Below, piece by piece: positions 57,642 to 64,000 of a DNA stretch of 64,000 bases. Every line of letters starts with the position of its first letter. The stretch's first letter is position 1. The notes under the pieces are model-generated. The model was not told the origin of the DNA, ran no database searches, and was given only the letters and a program-made list of their open reading frames with translations. The stretch comes from Treponemataceae bacterium. Lineage in GTDB: Bacteria; Spirochaetota; Spirochaetia; Treponematales; Rectinemataceae. The translations under genes and the position numbers were made by a program. The stretch is taken from assembly GCA_963677895.2 (NCBI GenBank), contig CAXXGJ010000018.1, positions 64,001-128,000 of the forward strand, read 5' to 3'.

Positions 57642-58283
57642 ATGATCGATTTTATAGTATTGGGCGGTTGGGTTTTATGGGTCATCATGGCCCTTTCCGT
57701 CGTTGCCTGCGTAATTATCATCGAAAGATTGCTATATCTGCGCCGCATATCCGGCGACGAGGACAAGCTCTTCATCCGAATCAAGGCCAGCCTTCTGGAA
57801 GGCCATTACAACGAAGCGCTCTCCATCTGCGACCAGAACCTGTCGCCTTTTTCGGCCCTGCTCAAGATCGGCATCGAGAATAGGCATCAGCCCGAAGGCG
57901 TCCAGCGCGACATACTGAAGGACGCCGCCGCCCTTGAAGCGCCGAAGCTCGAAAAGGGGCTCTCCACCCTCGGCACGATCAGCACCATCGCCCCCCTCCT
58001 GGGCCTTCTCGGCACGGTGACGGGCACCATGAGGGCCTTCGGCGTTCTCGGCAAGTTCGGCGCCGTCAGCGACCCCTCGGCCCTGGCCTCCGGCGTCTCC
58101 GAAGCCCTGATCACCACGGTCGGCGGCATCGTGGTCGCCGTACCGGTCATCATTTTCTACAACTTCCTGGTCAGCCGGGTGAACACCATACTGACCATGC
58201 TTGAAAACCGCGTGAATATGCTCGTCATGTTGATCAATGCCGGCAACGGCGCTTCGAAAAAAAGCGATTCGGAGGGAGCATGA
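57642..58283 (+). CDS. exbB: MotA/TolQ/ExbB proton channel protein
   Basis: IAPLLGLLGTVTG; GVSEALITTVGG. Confidence 0.9.
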   Translation: MIDFIVLGGWVLWVIMALSVVACVIIIERLLYLRRISGDEDKLFIRIKASLLEGHYNEALSICDQNLSPFSALLKIGIENRHQPEGVQRDILKDAAALEAPKLEKGLSTLGTISTIAPLLGLLGTVTGTMRAFGVLGKFGAVSDPSALASGVSEALITTVGGIVVAVPVIIFYNFLVSRVNTILTMLENRVNMLVMLINAGNGASKKSDSEGA

Positions 58284-58693
58284 GCGTACGTCGTCTGAAC
58301 CAGAGGGTCGGCGTCGACATGACGCCGCTCATCGATGTCATTCTCCAGCTCATCATTTTCTTCATGATAACGACCACATTCAGGTCGGCGCCAGGGATTT
58401 CCCTGGATCTTCCCGGCTCGAGGACCGCCCAATCCGTATCCTCCTCGGCGCTTCGCGTCACCGTCATGTCCGAAAATGAGATATATGTAGAGAAGACGCG
58501 AACCGATCTCCAGGGACTCTCAACCCTCTTGAAACAGCGTGTGTCCGGATCCGATTCCGGCAGCGTCAGGGCTGTTCTCGAAGGAAGATCGAGCGCATCG
58601 TACCAACTCATCGTCTCCGTCCTGGACGCGTTCCGGATGAACGGCATCGAAAATGTCGGCCTCATCACTCGGAAGGAGAAAATAGTTCGATGA
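58280..58693 (+). CDS. exbD: ExbD/TolR protein
   Basis: MTPLIDVILQLIIFFM with the conserved TM Asp. Confidence 0.9.
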   Translation: MSVRRLNQRVGVDMTPLIDVILQLIIFFMITTTFRSAPGISLDLPGSRTAQSVSSSALRVTVMSENEIYVEKTRTDLQGLSTLLKQRVSGSDSGSVRAVLEGRSSASYQLIVSVLDAFRMNGIENVGLITRKEKIVR

Positions 58694-59844
58694 AGTCCCC
58701 ATTGAGCTATGCCGAGCAGCAGGAGCTAAAACGCAGAGGCGTCTCGATCGGCATAACCTGCGGGCTCTACGGCCTGGTCTTTGCCGTAGGCATCGCACTG
58801 AGCATCCTGAATCCTCAGGAGCAAATGTTCGCGAATACCACAGTGATGATCAATCTGCCGGGACCCATCACGAATTCCATAGGGCTTGGCTCAATCAATC
58901 CTTCCGATAAAGGCGAAGAAGCGACCGAAGCCGAACCGACGGTGCCGGTGAAAGCGCCTGAACCCGCCAAGAAAATCGATGAGCCTAAGGCCCAGATCCC
59001 GGAAAAGCCTGTGGAAAAGCTCGCGCCTAAATCTGCGCCTACACCTTCTCCCGCTCAGCCATCCACGTCCGTCGCCAAAGCCGACGCTTCCTCGGTGATG
59101 CCCGCGGCGGAAAGTCCCAAAGCCGTCGAGACGCCCGGCGCTCCCTCGGCGCCGCTTCCTGAGGTAACGCCCCCCGGTCTAGTCGGCTCGGTGGCGGAAG
59201 CCGTACCCGTCGAGCCCTGGGTTCCTGGGCAGCGCGATCCCGGTTCCCATATAAGTTCGACCAATTCCATGCTCTTCGTGCCGGGAAAAGGCGAAGTCCC
59301 CTGGACGGGGAGCCAGATGACCATCCGCAAATCGGAAAAAGGAAGCGCTTCGGAAACGACCCTGGGAGGAGCCCAGGGAACGGTAGGCCAGAACCTCTAC
59401 GTCCCCATCTATTACAGCTTCCCCTTGCCTAAAATGGTGCCGGCCTCGATCTATAACTCCATCCCCAACCTCACGCAAGCGCCCAACGTCATCATCTATT
59501 CCGCACAGGCGAGAAAGAAGGCATTCACCTCGTATTATGAGTTCGACGGCTCGGCTTACCGCCTCAAGACGGACGTTCCCCTCGACCAGCGCGAACCGCT
59601 TTGGCAGATACTTGAAGACGCCGGCTATAACGTGGCTGACGCCGATTTCAAAAAGGGCAGGAACTTATCGCCCGTGGTCATCGTGTTCACCGTCACGAAC
59701 AACAATCAGATTAAAGGAGCCGAGATTTATCAGTCCACCGGTGACTCGGAGATGGACAGAGCCGCCCTGAATGGATTCAAGAGAGGAATGTACTGGAACA
59801 AGACGGGCGAGACGGTGCCCGGCCGCTTTACGTATCGATTCTAG
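58690..59844 (+). CDS. TonB-like energy transducer
   Basis: N-terminal TM, Pro/Ala/Lys/Glu-rich linker, C-terminal VFTV...STGDSEMDRAAL...FTYRF; follows exbBD. Confidence 0.78.
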   Translation: MKSPLSYAEQQELKRRGVSIGITCGLYGLVFAVGIALSILNPQEQMFANTTVMINLPGPITNSIGLGSINPSDKGEEATEAEPTVPVKAPEPAKKIDEPKAQIPEKPVEKLAPKSAPTPSPAQPSTSVAKADASSVMPAAESPKAVETPGAPSAPLPEVTPPGLVGSVAEAVPVEPWVPGQRDPGSHISSTNSMLFVPGKGEVPWTGSQMTIRKSEKGSASETTLGGAQGTVGQNLYVPIYYSFPLPKMVPASIYNSIPNLTQAPNVIIYSAQARKKAFTSYYEFDGSAYRLKTDVPLDQREPLWQILEDAGYNVADADFKKGRNLSPVVIVFTVTNNNQIKGAEIYQSTGDSEMDRAALNGFKRGMYWNKTGETVPGRFTYRF

Positions 59845-60913
59845 AAAGGTTGAAATAGTCTTCGTAGAGTTTCGCGTTGAAAAATGCCGCCACCACGTCC
59901 GGCGCGAACTGTTTTCCGCTTTCCGCCTTGATTTCTTCAAGCACTGCCTCCAGGGGCAGTGCTTTTCTATAGGGACGGGATTGCGCCATCGCGTCGAAAG
60001 TGTCGGCCAACGTTATGATACGTGCCAGCGGATCGATATCCTCGCCGGCGACCCCGTCCGGATACCCTTTGCCGTCCCAGCGTTCGTGATGGTGCCTGAC
60101 GCCATTGATGGCGGGAGCGAAAAACTCGACGATCGAAAGGATCTGGGCGCCGATGAGCGGATGCATCTTTATGACTTCGATCTCTTCGGGATCGAGCGAG
60201 CCTACTTTATTGAGAATCCGTTCCGGTATGCCTATTTTGCCGATGTCGTGGAGCAACGCGGCGAACTCCAGAGGTTCTATCTGGTCTTCTGGCAGCTTGA
60301 GTTCCCTGGCTAGCCTCACGGCCAGGCTTCGCACCCTTTCGCAGTGCCCCTGGGTGTACTGATCCTTCGCCTCGATGGTTTCGGCCAGAGCCTGGACCGT
60401 CTGCATGTTGGCCTGTCTCAGCTTGCCATATGTTTCCTTGAGTTCCAGCGTCTTGGACTGCATGGTGCGTTCGAGCGTGAGCCTGTATTCCTCGTTTTTT
60501 TTGTCCTGCTCGAATTTTTCCCTCACGATATCCCGGTAGCGGACGGCCTTGGCTATGACTTCGGCGATATGTTCCAGCCTGCTCGGCTTTACGAGATAGT
60601 CGAAGGCGCCATTCCTCATGGCTTCCAGGCCTGAGGCGAGGTCGCTGTAGGCGGTGAGCATGATGACAGGCGTAAAGGGTTTGACTTCCCTGATCCTCGG
60701 CAGGGCTTCCTTGCCCGAGAGAACAGGCATTCGTATGTCGAGCAGAATGCAGTCGGGATCGAGGTTGCCCGACATGAGCATTTCCAGGCCTTCCTGACCG
60801 TTCGTCGCCATGCTCACCACGTATTCCATCCTCTCCAGGCCGCGGGACAGGACCTTGCGGATGGAGGGATCGTCATCGATTACCAGTATTGTCCGTTGCT
60901 TCGCTGCACTCAT
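59828..60913 (-). CDS. Response regulator with HD-GYP phosphodiesterase domain (RpfG-like)
   Basis: ILVIDDD, LLDIRMP, DYLVKP; TQGHCERV, LHDIGKIG, HHERWDGKGYP, RPYR. Confidence 0.93.
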   Translation of the reverse strand: MSAAKQRTILVIDDDPSIRKVLSRGLERMEYVVSMATNGQEGLEMLMSGNLDPDCILLDIRMPVLSGKEALPRIREVKPFTPVIMLTAYSDLASGLEAMRNGAFDYLVKPSRLEHIAEVIAKAVRYRDIVREKFEQDKKNEEYRLTLERTMQSKTLELKETYGKLRQANMQTVQALAETIEAKDQYTQGHCERVRSLAVRLARELKLPEDQIEPLEFAALLHDIGKIGIPERILNKVGSLDPEEIEVIKMHPLIGAQILSIVEFFAPAINGVRHHHERWDGKGYPDGVAGEDIDPLARIITLADTFDAMAQSRPYRKALPLEAVLEEIKAESGKQFAPDVVAAFFNAKLYEDYFNLSRIDT

Positions 60914-60970
60914 GTAGACCTTTCCATCAAAGCGATGAGAACCCATCGGTCCTTTTCAGTTTCCGCGGAA

Positions 60971-61561
60971 TCATCCCTTTTTCATTCCAGGGAACAGGAA
61001 TGGGACATTTTTCTTGTATTCGCCGTATCCATGGAAAACCTTGGGAAAAGTGTAGCGATCTTGTATGAATATTAAAAGCAGATCGAGGCCAATCATGAGG
61101 AAAATTGTAAAGAAATTTTCGCGAAACCCCCGCAAAATGCCCAGGGAAGCGGCGAGCAGGCAAAACCACCAGAATCCGGGGTGCCTGCATAGACCGTAGG
61201 AGCCGCCGCTGTATATTTCGCCGGGCTTTATTTTTCCCTTTCTTCCGGCCAGCGCCAACTCGAAAAAGACGGACCAGAGGAGGAGAGCGAAGGACGCCAG
61301 AGCTGTCAGGATGAGCAACAGCGAAAAAAGCGTTCCTGGCCGAATCGCTCCCTGGAAGCCGGGAGTCAGCGGAGGGCCTTCGGCGAAATCTCCGGGGTTT
61401 GGGCCGAGGGTGAGGAAGCCAAGCGCTCCTCCGACAGCCAGATATCCGATCGCCTGGAGGAACGGAACGCCTTTTCCGCCTTTTGCCCAGAGAAAATCAG
61501 CCGTTATGAGCAGTAAAAATCCGAATACTGCAAGCGAACCCTGTACCATTGTGAAATGCAT
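60971..61561 (-). CDS. ICMT/PEMT-family membrane methyltransferase-like protein
   Basis: Multiple TMs; GSYGLCRHPG; YGEYKKNVP. Confidence 0.75.
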   Translation of the reverse strand: MHFTMVQGSLAVFGFLLLITADFLWAKGGKGVPFLQAIGYLAVGGALGFLTLGPNPGDFAEGPPLTPGFQGAIRPGTLFSLLLILTALASFALLLWSVFFELALAGRKGKIKPGEIYSGGSYGLCRHPGFWWFCLLAASLGILRGFRENFFTIFLMIGLDLLLIFIQDRYTFPKVFHGYGEYKKNVPFLFPGMKKG

Positions 61562-61616
61562 TATGCTATAGTATCCTCTGTTTTGCCAGATAAAAGTTAA
61601 TTCCAGAGGTTTCGGC

Positions 61617-64000
61617 ATGATTTTGGACGCATCGTCGCTCATTCCGGCATTGTCCTTCATTATTTATATCATCTTCATCGTTTTCGGCATTTACAGCCGG
61701 AAAGAGAAAGTCGACACCTCATTCCTTCTCTATATGTTCTTCATGGCATTGTGGAGCTTCGGCTCTTTCATGATGCATGCCAATACGGGGCTTTTTTCTC
61801 CCCTGACCTGGAACAAGGTCATGCTGCTGGGGCTTTTCGGCGGACCGATTTCTTTCATGCAGACGATGATTTATCTTTCCGGCACCGAAAAGAAACGTTA
61901 TCAGGTGTTCCTCTATATCGGCTACATCATCTATTTCTACCTGATTTATCTCAACCTTTCCGGCAAGGTGGTGACCGCGGCGGGCTTCGACGAGAACGGC
62001 TTCTATTATGTCCTCGGCAACGGTTCCATTCTGGCGTATTCGCTGTCCTACTTTTTCCTGGGCCTGTCGATTCTCCTTCTTCTGCGTCAGCTTAAGGCAA
62101 GCGACAATAAGTTCAAGAAGAAGACGCTTCGGCTGCTCATAATCGGCGCCATCATCATCGTGATGGGCGTCGCGGCGAACCTGTACAAGCCTATCGGAAA
62201 GTATCCCATCGACCTCCTCGCGACGACGATCAACGCGGCGATCATCTTCTTCGCGGTCTATAAATACCGTCTCATTCACTACTCCTCGGCGGTGCTCAAC
62301 ATCCTCCTCACTTTCTTCGTGTCGATACTGACGAGCGCCCTCTTCCTCTTTTTCTTCGTGCCGGTTTTTCACATCAACAGCGCGATTCCCTTTCCCAGGG
62401 TGCTTCTCCTGGCCCTGATCCTGGGGTTCATCACCTCCATAATCCTTTCGCCGCTCCGGACGACAACGCTCTCTTTCCTCAAGAGGCTCTATGGCGGCAA
62501 GACCTTTACCTACTATCAGAGCCTGAGGGTGTTCTCGGCCAGCCTCACCTCCATCGTGGACCTCGAAACCCTGGGCAATCTCACCATGGAGAAAATCACC
62601 TCCACCTTCGGCCTCGGATGGGCCCTGATGCTGGTCAACGATTTCAACGACAGGAATTTCAAGCTCAACGTGGCCAAACAGCTGCCTTTCGACGGGCGGA
62701 TCATCGAAGGGCAGGATCAGTCGATCAGCCTGAAGCGCGGAAGCGAGTTCGTCAGGGTATTCGCGGTTCATCAAGGCAGCGAAAAGAGCGAAATGCAGTA
62801 CCTCTACGTACCGCAGACAATGATAGATATCACCCTCGAAAAGGGCGAGATTTCCGAAACCCTGAAGGCCAGCCTCATCCTCCCCCTCAAGTTCAAGGAA
62901 CGCCTGAACGGCTTCGTCATTCTCGGACCGCAGGTCGACAGGGACTATTACAACCAGTTCGATCTGGAAATGCTCCAGCTGCTGAGCGTCCAGTGCTCGG
63001 TGGCCCTGGAAAACGCCATCACCTTCGAGCGGCTGAAACAGCAGCAGAAAAGGCTGCAGAACATCAACAACCAGCTGGAAATCAGCCGGAACAAACTCGA
63101 AGCCTTCTTCGACGGCATCACGACGCCGATCACCATTCAGGACATCAACTACAATATCATCGAAGTGAATTACGCCGCGCGACGCTATTTCGAGAAGTCC
63201 ACCGAGGAACTGATCGGGAACAAGTGCTACAAGATGTTTTTCAACAGGGACCGACCCTGCCTCGAATGTCTGGCGCAGGACTGCCTCCACACGCGCCTGC
63301 CCTTCAACGCGGAGCGGCAGGACGTCAAGGGACTGCTCACCTTCTCGCTCAACTTCTATCCCATACCCGTCCCCAAGACGGCCACGCCCATTTTCCTGGA
63401 GTTCTTCCAGGACATCACCAAGCAGAAGACCCTGCAGGATGAGCTAATCCAGTCGGAAAAGTTAGCCGGCATAGGCACCCTGGTGTCGGGCATCGCGCAT
63501 GAGATCAACAATCCCCTCGGCGCCATCCTGGGCACTGCCGATCTGATGCTCCCCGAGACCGCCGAGGGAAGCAGGCTGCAGGAATATACGCAGGATATCG
63601 CCCGCTACGCCCAGAACGCCGCGGAAGTCATCCAGGACCTCATGGTCTATTCGCGGAAAACGAAGAGCCAGCCCGATATGGTCAATATCGTGACCATTCT
63701 CGAAAATTCCCTCAAGCTCGCCATGCGCGGCATGGATTTCGGCTCGATCACGGTGAAGAAAAACTACAATCAGACGAACGAGGTTCAGGCGAACGCGACC
63801 GAACTGCAGCAGGTTTTCCTCAATCTCATCGTCAACGCGGTGCAGGCCATGAACTCGGACGGAACGCTGACCCTGGCCGCGAAACAGGAAGACGCCGATG
63901 TCATCGTGACCATCAAGGATACGGGCATCGGTATCAAGAAACAGAATCTCGACAAGGTCTTCAATCCCTTCTTCACGACAAAAGATCCCGGAGCCGGCAC
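61617..64000 (+). CDS. Multi-TM sensor histidine kinase (membrane N-terminus, GAF-like, PAS, HisKA, HATPase); runs off window end
   Basis: Manual translation from ATG 61617 ([17 protein letters not shown]...). H-box [22 protein letters not shown]-box [25 protein letters not shown]. Absent from the ORF track, consistent with no stop in the window. Confidence 0.92.
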   Translation, partial: MILDASSLIPALSFIIYIIFIVFGIYSRKEKVDTSFLLYMFFMALWSFGSFMMHANTGLFSPLTWNKVMLLGLFGGPISFMQTMIYLSGTEKKRYQVFLYIGYIIYFYLIYLNLSGKVVTAAGFDENGFYYVLGNGSILAYSLSYFFLGLSILLLLRQLKASDNKFKKKTLRLLIIGAIIIVMGVAANLYKPIGKYPIDLLATTINAAIIFFAVYKYRLIHYSSAVLNILLTFFVSILTSALFLFFFVPVFHINSAIPFPRVLLLALILGFITSIILSPLRTTTLSFLKRLYGGKTFTYYQSLRVFSASLTSIVDLETLGNLTMEKITSTFGLGWALMLVNDFNDRNFKLNVAKQLPFDGRIIEGQDQSISLKRGSEFVRVFAVHQGSEKSEMQYLYVPQTMIDITLEKGEISETLKASLILPLKFKERLNGFVILGPQVDRDYYNQFDLEMLQLLSVQCSVALENAITFERLKQQQKRLQNINNQLEISRNKLEAFFDGITTPITIQDINYNIIEVNYAARRYFEKSTEELIGNKCYKMFFNRDRPCLECLAQDCLHTRLPFNAERQDVKGLLTFSLNFYPIPVPKTATPIFLEFFQDITKQKTLQDELIQSEKLAGIGTLVSGIAHEINNPLGAILGTADLMLPETAEGSRLQEYTQDIARYAQNAAEVIQDLMVYSRKTKSQPDMVNIVTILENSLKLAMRGMDFGSITVKKNYNQTNEVQANATELQQVFLNLIVNAVQAMNSDGTLTLAAKQEDADVIVTIKDTGIGIKKQNLDKVFNPFFTTKDPGAG

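Noticed and set aside
57642..58693. exbB/exbD as a flagellar MotAB stator partnering the MotA/FliG-like pair
   Set aside because: The ExbD motif and adjacent TonB-like gene indicate a Ton/Tol system; there is no OmpA-like MotB domain and it is 36 kb away.
62618..63442. 274-aa plus-strand ORF suggesting a frameshifted kinase
   Set aside because: The kinase frame from 61617 appears open to the window end; this is an alternate-frame ORF.
1..64000. CRISPR arrays, tRNA/rRNA genes, transposases, integrases, prophage or defence genes
   Set aside because: No repeat-spacer periodicity, cloverleaf or recognisable mobile/defence motifs were seen by eye; intergenic gaps are short.

Overview
This GC-rich bacterial window is most likely from a Spirochaetota genome. 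The inference rests on lipoprotein-type solute-binding proteins, a stand-alone recycling-type EF-G2, a DUF4954-like protein, FliG-C-like proteins and a class II PurE. The content is mostly housekeeping. Transport: galactoside (mglBAC) and branched-chain amino acid (livKHMGF) ABC systems, and exbB-exbD-tonB. Nitrogen and amino acids: type III glutamine synthetase with a consensus sigma-54 promoter beside a NifA-like activator, a lysine-riboswitch-led asd-lysC-dapB-dapA-dapD operon, proC, DUF1015-serA-serC and hutU. Purines: purB-purL-purQ-purC-purE-purF-purD/M-purN-purH-guaB. Other genes: Nif3-lspA, trxA, fusA2, a U32 protein, IclR, ssb, an HD-GYP response regulator and a large sensor kinase that runs off the end. 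No rRNA, tRNA, CRISPR array or mobile element was seen. The most unusual items are (1) a coupled gene pair that looks like a soluble, membrane-less MotA cytoplasmic domain plus a MotA-like/2xFliG-C-like fusion, (2) an unannotated ~115-nt promoter-to-terminator sRNA candidate with an anti-Shine-Dalgarno loop, (3) a membrane-anchored beta-lactamase-fold protein with all catalytic motifs substituted, (4) a C39 peptidase fused to a beta-barrel-like domain, and (5) repeated leaderless-promoter architecture. All family assignments come from motif recognition by eye; no database search was run.
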